Shown here in pieces: positions 51,284-60,424 of a DNA stretch of 64,000 nt. The notes under the pieces are model-generated. The model was not told where the DNA came from, did not search any database, and saw nothing but the letters and a program-made list of their open reading frames with translations. Each line of letters begins with the position of its first letter. The stretch's first letter is position 1. The position numbers were made by a program, and so were the translations under genes. The DNA is taken from sequence record PP175015.1; one strand, given 5' to 3'. The DNA comes from Escherichia phage UE-S5a.

Positions 51284-52458
51284 TATTTCATTCCTTTAGG
51301 GATATGAACTACCTCCCCAAAAGGTACGGTAGCATTGGGATTATTCAGAACACACCAGATGATAGGAATATCAAATGGTAATTCTTCCATTGGACGAACA
51401 TACATATCGGAGAATATGATTGCAGCGGTTGGTTTATTCTTAATAATCCACTCGCGTACTGGTTCCAGGTTTGTACCACCACGACCGGTAATCTTAATCT
51501 CTTCAAAAGTATCTTCTTCAGTGATGTCTATCTCTTCTTGGATAATATCGTCGAAGGTAATTAAGGACATCTTCTTAGGATTGAACTGGCTCTTAACGTA
51601 GGCAACCTCTGAGTTAAAACGCAGAGAGTCAGCACTACTAATAGAACCAGATACATCCTCAAAGTAGGCTAAGTGTCGTAAGCGTCCTTCATCATCTTCC
51701 ATGGAAGGTAGATAGATGTCAGTAAAACGACGGTTAGGTCTGGCCCACGTATAATGAGTATCGTCAATGTCGGTAAAGAAGTTCATGAGGACTTCCTGCC
51801 ATGGAACCACTGGTTTAAGGAATTGGGTAATAACCTCTTCCATACGACCAGCACCCTTACCGGGCATCTGTCCACCAGCCATTTTCTGGCTCTGCATTGC
51901 TCGTACTACGTTGTTGACGACAGCACCCTGGGACTGCCCCGAAGTGGGGGATTTCATGTCGCCAGCAAGACCTGCTCCAGCACCCCCTGACGGCTTCTGC
52001 CTTTTCTGAGGGTTCTTCATCAGGTCATCGTAGATGTCTTCTTCGACCCATCCTTTATATTGAGGGTCTTTGCAAATACCTTTATCAATGCCAGTGAACT
52101 TATAACCATCTTCTTCTAACTGAAGGTTAATGAAGTGGTCACACGCCTGGTTCCAGATTTCTGGGTCACGGCTTCCACGACGGATGCCATGCAGATATGC
52201 CACATGCCAAAGTTCATGCATTAACACTGTTTCTCTGGCATCTGGACACATCCAGATAAAGAAATCTGGATTGAAGTGAAGTTCTATCCCATCAGTACAT
52301 GCAGTGGGACAATTCTCACGTTTCCATGAGAACTTAAGACTACATAGTAATGAACCAAAGAACGCAGCACTGCGTCCGAGAAATGCGTTGGCCTGTATTC
52401 TATCGTATTCCCTCATTAACTGTTCATCAGTGAGGTTATGTGGTGGTATGTTATTCAT
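51283..52458 (-). CDS. VWA-domain protein with N-terminal HExxH metallopeptidase-like domain (DUF2201-type)
   Basis: HELWHVAYLHG (HExxH) in N-terminal half; C-terminal half has VWA-like layout; partner of the AAA ATPase below. Confidence 0.55.
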   Translation of the reverse strand: MNNIPPHNLTDEQLMREYDRIQANAFLGRSAAFFGSLLCSLKFSWKRENCPTACTDGIELHFNPDFFIWMCPDARETVLMHELWHVAYLHGIRRGSRDPEIWNQACDHFINLQLEEDGYKFTGIDKGICKDPQYKGWVEEDIYDDLMKNPQKRQKPSGGAGAGLAGDMKSPTSGQSQGAVVNNVVRAMQSQKMAGGQMPGKGAGRMEEVITQFLKPVVPWQEVLMNFFTDIDDTHYTWARPNRRFTDIYLPSMEDDEGRLRHLAYFEDVSGSISSADSLRFNSEVAYVKSQFNPKKMSLITFDDIIQEEIDITEEDTFEEIKITGRGGTNLEPVREWIIKNKPTAAIIFSDMYVRPMEELPFDIPIIWCVLNNPNATVPFGEVVHIPKGMK

Positions 52459-52934
52459 TAAGATGCTCCATGATTTATATGGTAACCCAATAATTTTTCT
52501 GCTTCCTTTCTGGCTGTAATGGCCTCTTGTTTACTGTTAAACTTTCCTAAGTAAATTTGTTTACCATTATCATTTATATGGGCAGCCCAGATTTTATCTC
52601 GGGTGTGCCAGTAAACTCCTGTCACACCTGATGTATTTGTAATTCTCTTGGTTTGATTTTTGCAATTAATCGAGTTTGTTACTAAACGGAAATTGCTTGG
52701 GTAATTATTTAATCTATTATGGTCAATATGGTCTACCTGCATACCGTCAGGAATTGGTCCAATCTCCATTTCATAAATTATGCGGTGAACTAAATGCATT
52801 TTCTTGTTACATTTAACACGCAAATACCCACTGTTATCCAAACAACCGGCAATGGCACCTGCTTTTACGCAGCCCCTGCTTACTTTCCAGTAGAGGGAAC
52901 CATTGCTATAAACAAATAGTTCATGCCAATTCAT
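52458..52934 (-). CDS. HNH-AP2 homing endonuclease
   Basis: HNH core QVDHIDHNRLNN...LVTNSIN; AP2-type domain NTSGVTGVYWHTRDKIWAAHINDNGKQIYLGKFNSKQEAITARKEAEKLLGY. Confidence 0.8.
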   Translation of the reverse strand: MNWHELFVYSNGSLYWKVSRGCVKAGAIAGCLDNSGYLRVKCNKKMHLVHRIIYEMEIGPIPDGMQVDHIDHNRLNNYPSNFRLVTNSINCKNQTKRITNTSGVTGVYWHTRDKIWAAHINDNGKQIYLGKFNSKQEAITARKEAEKLLGYHINHGAS

Positions 52935-52938
52935 TATT

Positions 52939-53991
52939 TTATCCGTGAATGTAACGAGAGATATTAGCAGCAGCCTTACGCCATTCAGGTGTAGCCTGAA
53001 GTTCTGGCAATGCTCTGCCTACTGTACGGAAGTACAGAATCTTATGGGTGAACGTTTTAAAGCGTTCAATGTACTGAAGAACATCAGAGAAGTTTTCTTC
53101 AGTAGTTTTGTTAGCCAGGTGGTTAACAGTAGCCCAACACAGGTTGTTATCTTCCGGTAGTGCACAGCCCAGAGGGTCTTTGACTACTTTCTCAATCGTA
53201 ATCATACGATTGTATACCTGAGTGAATTGAACAAACTCTGTAGCCTTACCAGCAGTAACATGTCCTGCGTAGTAGATAGAATCTTCATCTGGCAGAGCAC
53301 CTTCAGGACGGTTCTTGAGGTCTTTGTTAACAAAGTCCCAGGTGCGTGGGCAACAGAACGTTTTGTTCTTATGGGCTGGGTCGAAGTCATGCAGATAACC
53401 TGGGTTAGCATGTAAGAATGCAACCAGACGTTCATCCCATTCTTGTGGAATCATTACATCTTCAACAAAGATGTCGAAGTTAAGTTCCATTTCGAAGTGA
53501 ACCACGCGAGACTGCATTGCAGTGCCCAGTGGGTTAACAATGGCACGGTCAGTAGCTTTGTTACCAGCACATATAATCATCACATTAGGATGGAGTTTTT
53601 TCTGACCAGTCATACGGTCCAGAATCAGTTTGTATGCAGCAGCTACTACTTCTTTTCTGGCTGAGTTGAACTCATCAAGGAACAGGAGCCAACCATTATA
53701 TCCTTCCGGTATCTCATCCCCCTCAATAGGGAATAAGTCAGCGAATGGGATAAACTCTGCACGGTCACCATTACGGAATGGTAGACCAGACAAATCCTCT
53801 GGGGCAGAAGTAGACAGACGATGGTCTATCAGTTTCATACCAAATTCTTCTGCAACAGAGCGAATAATTGCAGATTTACCCATTCCCGGTGATGAAGTCA
53901 GGAACGGTACGTTACCTGCTTGCAGGGCACGGATAATAAAGTTACGGGCCTGACGTGTATTACATATGGTCAGTGAGTCAATGCTCGCCAT
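52939..53991 (-). CDS. MoxR-like AAA+ ATPase
   Basis: Walker A SSPGMGKSAI; Walker B LLFLDEFNSA; about 350 aa. Confidence 0.65.
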   Translation of the reverse strand: MASIDSLTICNTRQARNFIIRALQAGNVPFLTSSPGMGKSAIIRSVAEEFGMKLIDHRLSTSAPEDLSGLPFRNGDRAEFIPFADLFPIEGDEIPEGYNGWLLFLDEFNSARKEVVAAAYKLILDRMTGQKKLHPNVMIICAGNKATDRAIVNPLGTAMQSRVVHFEMELNFDIFVEDVMIPQEWDERLVAFLHANPGYLHDFDPAHKNKTFCCPRTWDFVNKDLKNRPEGALPDEDSIYYAGHVTAGKATEFVQFTQVYNRMITIEKVVKDPLGCALPEDNNLCWATVNHLANKTTEENFSDVLQYIERFKTFTHKILYFRTVGRALPELQATPEWRKAAANISRYIHG

Positions 53992-54025
53992 TTACTTACT
54001 CTCCTAAAGTTAATGGAATTACTAA

Positions 54026-54352
54026 TTAAGATTTAATACATGGGTAGGCTGTATCAATTGCCATCAGAACCATGTCTGATGGTACTTTTACTGCATTAAC
54101 CTTTCTGTCATACAGAATAATAGTGGCTACTTTGTCAAAGACATTTCCTAACTTCAAACTATCTGGTACGCAGTTCTTACCTGCTTCTACACCCATAGTA
54201 ACCATGCCCATAAAGTAACCCTGGTTCACAAAGTTTGCATTATTGGCTTTGTAGTCAGCAGCAGCGTCTAACAGAGTTTCACGGCTGGATGCTTGAGCAT
54301 TGAATGACAGAACTGATAAAGCTACTACAGCAACAGCAATTAAAGTTTTCAT
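54026..54352 (-). CDS. Secreted/periplasmic hypothetical protein
   Basis: N-terminal signal peptide MKTLIAVAVVALSVLSFNAQA. Confidence 0.45.
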   Translation of the reverse strand: MKTLIAVAVVALSVLSFNAQASSRETLLDAAADYKANNANFVNQGYFMGMVTMGVEAGKNCVPDSLKLGNVFDKVATIILYDRKVNAVKVPSDMVLMAIDTAYPCIKS

Positions 54353-54538
54353 TTAGTTACCTTTTAACTCGTTGAGTTGAAGTACTCCAGTAGGGGTTAA
54401 TGACCACCCAAGACCAGCATTGAACTGCACTAAGCCCAGTTTCTTAAGAGACTGTGCGGTTTTATTATTGCGGTTGCTGGTGGCAGAACCACCTTGAACC
54501 ATACGAAGGAAGATTGCTTGGGACTGGGTTAATTTCAC
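54353..54538 (-). CDS. Hypothetical small protein
   Basis: 61-aa ORF, coupled. Confidence 0.35.
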   Translation of the reverse strand: MKLTQSQAIFLRMVQGGSATSNRNNKTAQSLKKLGLVQFNAGLGWSLTPTGVLQLNELKGN

Positions 54539-54795
54539 TCATCTTCTCCTTCATCTGGGAGTGGTGATAAATCTACACATAAATGCTCAAAGCGTTTTTC
54601 TAAGACAGCAATTCTCTTTTGATAAAATGACAGCAGTTCAGGAAGTATTCTTGTACGAGCTTGCGGTCCTAAATCCGTACCATTGAATGATACTTTCACC
54701 ATATGTGGTGACTTCTTCAAACTAGCTAATTGCTGTCGGTTGTCGTTGTATTCTTCGTACAGTTTCTCAACCAAACGTAGATTGTGGATATTCAT
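54535..54795 (-). CDS. Hypothetical protein
   Basis: 86-aa ORF, coupled. Confidence 0.35.
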   Translation of the reverse strand: MNIHNLRLVEKLYEEYNDNRQQLASLKKSPHMVKVSFNGTDLGPQARTRILPELLSFYQKRIAVLEKRFEHLCVDLSPLPDEGEDE

Positions 54796-54980
54796 TTTTT
54801 CTCCGGTACGAACTGCATTACACAGTTTTGATTACGAGGGATATTCAATTCACATTCATGCTTGAGGGTTTGTGTTACAGAATTTGGAGTAGAACCAAAG
54901 TAGGTATTAGAAATAGCTACAAATCCTGCACCTAATAAACCGCCTAGTAAGAATGAGAAAAATGCAATCTCTTTATACAT
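54792..54980 (-). CDS. Small membrane protein
   Basis: 62 aa with one hydrophobic helix. Confidence 0.35.
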   Translation of the reverse strand: MYKEIAFFSFLLGGLLGAGFVAISNTYFGSTPNSVTQTLKHECELNIPRNQNCVMQFVPEKK

Positions 54981-55085
54981 TTCCTGGCTCCAGAATGTTT
55001 AAGTCAAAAAAAGACCTCCCTTCATCTGGGAGGTCAAGCTTGGGAGTTTTATATCAGGGTTTACAACCCCAAATAAAGGCTACCT

Positions 55086-55919
55086 TTATTCTACAACAGT
55101 AATAGCGATGGTTACATCGACCTTACCGTTGGTAACTACTACAGAAGTAGCTTCACCAGCAGCCACTGGTTTAACCGTCAATACGTTACCGGCAATGGTA
55201 GCCGTAGCACGGGCAGAATCTGGGGTAGTCTTAATAGACAAAGTACCAGCAGATGAACCAACAGGCATAGCAGCAATGGTTACAGTCTTACCGGCAGCAG
55301 TATCATCAGCAACAGACAGAGCCAGTGAATCAGGAGTAGCTACCAGTGAGCTTGCTTCATAGTAGCCTACTGCCAGCAACGACGTATCTTCTACAGTGGT
55401 TCCATTGGCATCAGTAACAATCACTTTATAAGTACCAGCAGAAGCAGCGGTTACGTCATTAAGGGTTAATGTTGCAGTAGCAGCAGATGGGTTAGTACTA
55501 GAGCTAATATCAGTGAATGCTGCACCAGCAGTATCAGCTTTGAACTGCCATTTATAAGTAAATGGTGCTTTACCGCCTGCTACATCAACATGCCAGTTAA
55601 TATCTTCGCCTTCGATAGCAGAGATTACACGAGGCAGTTTAGTAGCAACAGTCAGTCGTGGAGTAGCTTTCATGTCAATAGAGATGGCTTGCATATCCAC
55701 GATGTTGTTAGGCCAGAAGCCTGCTTCAGCAGGGTTTTTAGCAGAACGTTTATACAGCAGATCACGTACACCGTGAAAGATAACTAAACTATCCGGGTAA
55801 GTGGCATCCGGATGCACAAAAGTACCTACCTCTACGGAACCACCCGGGATAGAACCCCCTGCATCCAGTACAGTTGCAACATTGGTGGTTTTGTTAAAAC
55901 CTACTTTTAAAGTTGGCAT
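55086..55919 (-). CDS. Ig-like-domain capsid decoration-like protein (N4 gp17-like by position)
   Basis: Track ORF extends into a terminator; ATG 55919 preceded by GAGG; C-terminal Thr/Ala/Val-rich Ig-like repeats; sits just downstream of RNAP II genes as in N4. Confidence 0.5.
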   Translation of the reverse strand: MPTLKVGFNKTTNVATVLDAGGSIPGGSVEVGTFVHPDATYPDSLVIFHGVRDLLYKRSAKNPAEAGFWPNNIVDMQAISIDMKATPRLTVATKLPRVISAIEGEDINWHVDVAGGKAPFTYKWQFKADTAGAAFTDISSSTNPSAATATLTLNDVTAASAGTYKVIVTDANGTTVEDTSLLAVGYYEASSLVATPDSLALSVADDTAAGKTVTIAAMPVGSSAGTLSIKTTPDSARATATIAGNVLTVKPVAAGEATSVVVTNGKVDVTIAITVVE

Positions 55920-55964
55920 ATGAATTTCCTCATAAGTAAATAGCAGGATTAGTATACATGACAT

Positions 55965-55995
55965 GTAAAAAAATAAACCCTCCGTTAAGAGGGTT
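55965..55995 (-). terminator. Rho-independent terminator (minus sense)
   Basis: AACCCTC-cgttaa-GAGGGTT preceded on + strand by A-run. Confidence 0.5.
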
Positions 55996-56191
55996 AGTTG
56001 TTTACACAGTAGATAGCAAAAGCTATCCATCCTGCCATTACAAAGCATCCTAGTGAGTATGCTCCATAGTAGCAGTAAGCAAACTTAGACTTGTGGGCAC
56101 GAACTATCGTAGCCAGAATCAGTACAGATAAAACTATCAGTATTAGCTGAGAGATTACTTCAAAATTGATAAGCATAGTTGCTACCTCCAA
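55994..56191 (-). CDS. Small membrane protein
   Basis: 65 aa, two hydrophobic helices. Confidence 0.35.
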   Translation of the reverse strand: MEVATMLINFEVISQLILIVLSVLILATIVRAHKSKFAYCYYGAYSLGCFVMAGWIAFAIYCVNN

Positions 56192-56234
56192 GCAAAAAAT
56201 AAAGCCCCACTCCCGAAGGAATGAGGCTAGTTTA

Positions 56235-57452
56235 TTAACTTAATGCATAATCTGTTTCTAGAATGTCTTGCCAGAGGCTGTCATCCAGCTTACCAGCAGA
56301 GAACTCTTGTCCCAGTACTTGAGACAGAATGAAGCCCAGTAAGTCACTCTTAGCAATGTCAGACAGAATCTGATTGTACTGACGACGCAGGTCATTACCA
56401 TAGTTAGGGTGGCAACGGAAGCAATCATGTACAGTCATTACAGGGAATGGTTTCTTAGGCATAGTGTCGATCATATCTGCTACTACTTGACGGTCTACCA
56501 ATGCAATAGTATTCGGGTCAAGGAAGTCTAGGATAGACAGCGACAGGAATCCTGACCTTTCATAATGATTCCAGATTTCCATAGTCTTCTCTTGGTTCCC
56601 CTCAATAACGGGGTATTCACTTGGCCCGATATCGCACAGTTCCCGTACATAGGCAACCAGTTTAGGGTCGAAGTTACAACGACGTAGCATCTCACGTACT
56701 ACCATCCCATCAATAGAGTGAGTGATGTTAGCAGAGAGCATACGGGTCTTCTCTTCAGTACCCTGAACCATACGAGTGATGTCAAATGGTTTACCCAAGA
56801 AGTTAACAGTCTGTACTTCAAGAACCATGACTTTAATGACAGCATGGAAGTTGTCAGGGAGTACCCATATGTAACGGTTAGCATCCGGGTTACCACATTG
56901 CAGTAAGAACTTGTTAAGTGCCCAAGGACCACTTGCAACTGTTTCCATTACATTTTCAAAAGTCTTGAGACGGATACCTTCCCCGAATACTTCTTTAGGT
57001 TTGGCTTCTGAACCGTAGAATGCAGTCATAACTGCCTGCTTGGTATCACTACGTTTAATACGGGATGCTTCACCAAGGATGTCCAGCATCTTGTGATATA
57101 TAACTGTATAAGCATCACGTCGTAATGGCTTACCATTCTCTCCCATGTAATTAACTACGTTACACAGTTCAGCAGCAGAGCGGTCACCAGTCAGGCAGGC
57201 CAGTAACTGCAAGCCTGATGATGTAGCATCCAGGGCTACGGCATATCCGATAGGCTTACCAGCTTTCATATCTTTCCATGCGTTTACACCAGCATAGAAC
57301 AGTGCAGATTCCTCAGCTTCATCTACCAGATTAAGCAAGTTAGCTTCATTCTCATCGAACCAAGCAATACGCTCATCCCAGGTCTTTTTATCCAGACCAT
57401 AGTTATTGGCGATGTCTACTTTCAGGTATTCTTTAGCGGTTAACAGTTGCAT
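56235..57452 (-). CDS. Phage RNA polymerase II catalytic subunit (T7-like, N4 gp16-like)
   Basis: Start moved to ATG 57452 (AAGGAA RBS); T7 RNAP motifs: ALDATSSGLQ (A), RSDTKQAVMTAFYGS (B), VHDCF (C). Confidence 0.75.
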   Translation of the reverse strand: MQLLTAKEYLKVDIANNYGLDKKTWDERIAWFDENEANLLNLVDEAEESALFYAGVNAWKDMKAGKPIGYAVALDATSSGLQLLACLTGDRSAAELCNVVNYMGENGKPLRRDAYTVIYHKMLDILGEASRIKRSDTKQAVMTAFYGSEAKPKEVFGEGIRLKTFENVMETVASGPWALNKFLLQCGNPDANRYIWVLPDNFHAVIKVMVLEVQTVNFLGKPFDITRMVQGTEEKTRMLSANITHSIDGMVVREMLRRCNFDPKLVAYVRELCDIGPSEYPVIEGNQEKTMEIWNHYERSGFLSLSILDFLDPNTIALVDRQVVADMIDTMPKKPFPVMTVHDCFRCHPNYGNDLRRQYNQILSDIAKSDLLGFILSQVLGQEFSAGKLDDSLWQDILETDYALS

Positions 57453-57498
57453 TTTATGTTCCTTAGCGTCTGAGCCATTTGGCTCGCATAGTGGGTAG

Positions 57499-58005
57499 TT
57501 ATTGACCGTGACGGTTAGTATAGCCAGCACCATTCTGGTTCAAGGCTTCTAACATGTCGGCTCGTGCATCACATGCTTGTTGGAATGCGAACTCGTAGCC
57601 GTATTTCTTAACTGAGAATACTTTACACCTCTGTTTCTTTGTGATGTTGTCCGTACATGTAGCACGCCAGAATAACCCCTTTGGTGAATCCCATAGAGAT
57701 ACACCAGTTACCCCAGATTTATTGTCTGAACGTTTAGTAGAGTTACGCAGGTTGACTACAATGGGAACACATCGCAAGTTACACCAGCGGCAGTCCGTTC
57801 TGATACCGTTGATGTGGTCAATTGTATAACCAGCAGGGATAGATCTATGCTTCATTTCCCACAACCAACGGTGAAGGTATAAGATTTTATTTCCACGAGA
57901 GATGCGAATGTACCCAGTGGCACTATTCGCTGCCTCCGGTGGATGGGCTACAGCAAGTTCATCAACTGACTTGTTCCAGTAGCCCATTGGCATACGCTCT
58001 TTCAT
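57499..58005 (-). CDS. HNH-AP2 homing endonuclease inserted between the RNAP II subunit genes
   Basis: HNH core YTIDHINGIRTDCRWCNLR; AP2 domain NKSGVTGVSLWDSPKGLFWRATC...KYGYEFAFQQACDARADMLEAL; paralog of 52458-52934. Confidence 0.8.
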   Translation of the reverse strand: MKERMPMGYWNKSVDELAVAHPPEAANSATGYIRISRGNKILYLHRWLWEMKHRSIPAGYTIDHINGIRTDCRWCNLRCVPIVVNLRNSTKRSDNKSGVTGVSLWDSPKGLFWRATCTDNITKKQRCKVFSVKKYGYEFAFQQACDARADMLEALNQNGAGYTNRHGQ

Positions 58006-58823
58006 TAATCCTCATTAACAAGTTCTTTTTCTGCAAATTCTAGGACTGCTTTATTCCAAGAAGTCCCTTGGTAGTTACAGTGATAGCCCTGAGCGTAAGT
58101 ACGCCCACGTTTGTCATATTTGTGACCCAGTGAGAAGTTATTACCTTCTTTGGTCACTAACTCCATTACTTCCTTAGCAGTACGGCTGTACTTCTCAAAG
58201 GCTTTAACACGTTTCTCATATTCCTGACGGGTTTCACCCTCTTTGGGCTTATCCATATTAGGACGAGAGTCTTTTACATAGTTAGCAACGTCCCAGTTGA
58301 TACTTAGACGCTGATTATTCATACGGTTGATGTGATCAAGACAGACATCCATCTCATGATGGTTCTTCTTGAGGATGATACTTCCCCTGCTCTCGTAGTA
58401 ACCTGTATCACGGTTACACAGAACAGGCTTAGGAGCACTTACGATAGGTAATGGATACTGGAATGCTTCCAGTTCCATCTGAACATCTTCACTAATCTCG
58501 TAGATAACACCGAACTTGTCGATGGTAGGGTCATAGTTGAAGCAGTCATTCTCTGCCATCTTATACAGACAGTCAGCGATGTACTGAGCATCATCTGAAT
58601 GGCTCATAAGAGAGCCAATCATAGTCTGAAGGTCAGCACGTTTATGTAGGGCAATCTGCACCATTGCATCAATGAGCAGCTTATAATCAATTTCCAAATA
58701 GGCAGCGAATGCCTTAAAGTCAATTTCTTCGGAGTCCTCAAATTCCTTCCTCATGCGAGGGAGTAATTGATTTTTGTTGAAAAGAATTTCGAGTTGCTTC
58801 TGATGTTCAATGGATGAGTACAT
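58005..58823 (-). CDS. Phage RNA polymerase II small (N-terminal) subunit (N4 gp15-like)
   Basis: 272 aa (N4 gp15 is about 269 aa as recalled); lies upstream of the catalytic subunit. Confidence 0.5.
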   Translation of the reverse strand: MYSSIEHQKQLEILFNKNQLLPRMRKEFEDSEEIDFKAFAAYLEIDYKLLIDAMVQIALHKRADLQTMIGSLMSHSDDAQYIADCLYKMAENDCFNYDPTIDKFGVIYEISEDVQMELEAFQYPLPIVSAPKPVLCNRDTGYYESRGSIILKKNHHEMDVCLDHINRMNNQRLSINWDVANYVKDSRPNMDKPKEGETRQEYEKRVKAFEKYSRTAKEVMELVTKEGNNFSLGHKYDKRGRTYAQGYHCNYQGTSWNKAVLEFAEKELVNED

Positions 58824-58876
58824 CGCTTATTCTCCTAAATGTGATTAATAACCAAAAGCTGCGGAGCAGCTATTAC

Positions 58877-59137
58877 CTAACGTTTAGTCCAAAAGGTAAT
58901 ACGAATACTGTTCTCTTGACCAAGGTAGTCAATACGTACATATAAACCATTACCACTAAACTCGTTATTTTTCTTCTGGTAAGGCCATACCAGACTACGC
59001 ATAGGTATTTTAATTAAACCAGATATGTGACCTAGTTTAGTACGATCCTTTAGTTCGTTTTGTAATGCACAATAGATATCATGCCGTGTAAGTGCTCTGG
59101 CTCTGACTTGAGCAGTCCACAGTTCTTCATAAGTCAT
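58877..59137 (-). CDS. Hypothetical early protein
   Basis: 86-aa ORF. Confidence 0.4.
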   Translation of the reverse strand: MTYEELWTAQVRARALTRHDIYCALQNELKDRTKLGHISGLIKIPMRSLVWPYQKKNNEFSGNGLYVRIDYLGQENSIRITFWTKR

Positions 59138-59139
59138 TA

Positions 59140-59490
59140 TTAACTCCAGTAGTTGTAAGCATCGCCTAAGTGTTTACGCCATGCTTCGGGTAACAGTACA
59201 TTTCCGGTTACATTAATGAACTGGTATGGGTCCAGGTAGTCATTACTCATGACTTTGAAATCCCATTGTGGATTGGCAGATGCATAAGCAATAAAGCCCT
59301 CAATGAAGCCATAGATAGCACCCTCTTTGATACGGTTACCATTGCCATCTCTTACTGGAATAGCAAAGCTATTACCATAATGACCATAGGCCATACCCCA
59401 ACGAGCACCATGCTTCTTATAAGCTAACTTGGCAGAAGCATTGGTATGTTGTCCTAGTGTATTGGTAGTGAATACGAATATTTCTTTCAT
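59140..59490 (-). CDS. Hypothetical early protein (possible SLOG-like nucleotide-binding fold)
   Basis: 116 aa; IFVFTTNTLGQH...GNSFAIP resembles a Rossmann-like SLOG/LOG N-terminus; weak. Confidence 0.35.
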   Translation of the reverse strand: MKEIFVFTTNTLGQHTNASAKLAYKKHGARWGMAYGHYGNSFAIPVRDGNGNRIKEGAIYGFIEGFIAYASANPQWDFKVMSNDYLDPYQFINVTGNVLLPEAWRKHLGDAYNYWS

Positions 59491-59493
59491 TAG

Positions 59494-59874
59494 TTACCCC
59501 TTTGGATTCTCCACAAAGTAGTTATACATAGCTTTTACTAGCTTCTCTTTAATAACCTCACCATGACATGGTTTCGGATAACAGAAGCACTGTAAGGCCA
59601 ACCCTTTCTCATCAATGGCTTTATTACCAAGACGATTAAGTTCATCCAATACAGCTTGATTCTTCCTCATGATTTGTTCATTAAGCCATACTCGATATTT
59701 GGTTATAACCTGTTCTCTTGAACCGTCTTTACCAATAACGAATGGATTTCCTAATGGTGAACCACGTCCGATATACTCACCGGATTTACCGTGATGTTTA
59801 TTAACAATGATAATTGGACGTGCAGCTACACCCAGCAAAGCATTGGTGTCGTCCCCTAATGTAATAGTCTTCAT
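59494..59874 (-). CDS. DUF4326-like protein
   Basis: GRGSPLGNPF ... CFCYPKPCHG pattern. Confidence 0.4.
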   Translation of the reverse strand: MKTITLGDDTNALLGVAARPIIIVNKHHGKSGEYIGRGSPLGNPFVIGKDGSREQVITKYRVWLNEQIMRKNQAVLDELNRLGNKAIDEKGLALQCFCYPKPCHGEVIKEKLVKAMYNYFVENPKG

Positions 59875-60113
59875 GGTTTTAATGCCTCAATAGATGTACT
59901 TACTTTACATACAGTAGTTCCTTCTAATGCGTCTATTTTGTAAGCTAACCCTCTTGTTAACATTACCCCGTTCATTACTTTATTAACCTCTTCTAGGTTA
60001 GGTACAGAAAATGCTTCATTTAATACGGGAGTTGTATGCCAATCTATATAATCATCCGGCATAGCTATAAAATCATCCCCCTTTTTGAATACATAATATT
60101 CTTCATAAATCAT
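59871..60113 (-). CDS. Hypothetical early protein
   Basis: 80-aa ORF, coupled. Confidence 0.4.
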   Translation of the reverse strand: MIYEEYYVFKKGDDFIAMPDDYIDWHTTPVLNEAFSVPNLEEVNKVMNGVMLTRGLAYKIDALEGTTVCKVSTSIEALKP

Positions 60114-60424
60114 GGCTTAAGTACCTGGAATGCGAACACAGGACGTTTACTACGCCACTGGTTCATAGCTAGTTCACTAGTTTCAGAACCATCATGTAAG
60201 TCATAAATGAATGAGATTACATAGTCTGGTTCTTCCGGGAAGTTCTCTGTAGAGAATGGTAGACCTGATTCTTTAAGGATAGGAACCAGTGGAGATTCAG
60301 CATTGCAGTAGAGGGTAAATTCTTCATTGAATGCCTGGCTTGTTTGAGATACATAATCAATATTACGCATCATTTTATCTACATCTGTAAATGTAGAATC
60401 ATGAACTACTAGAATAGTTTTCAT
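60110..60424 (-). CDS. Hypothetical early protein
   Basis: 104-aa ORF, coupled. Confidence 0.4.
   Translation of the reverse strand: MKTILVVHDSTFTDVDKMMRNIDYVSQTSQAFNEEFTLYCNAESPLVPILKESGLPFSTENFPEEPDYVISFIYDLHDGSETSELAMNQWRSKRPVFAFQVLKP

Noticed and set aside
55923-56048. N-terminal 43 residues of the 320-aa track ORF 55086..56048
   Set aside because: The extension runs through a terminator hairpin; ATG at 55919 with GAGG RBS is the likely start
56235-57533. Track start at 57533 for the RNAP II catalytic subunit
   Set aside because: It would overlap the upstream HNH gene by 35 nt and has no RBS; ATG at 57452 with AAGGAA RBS preferred
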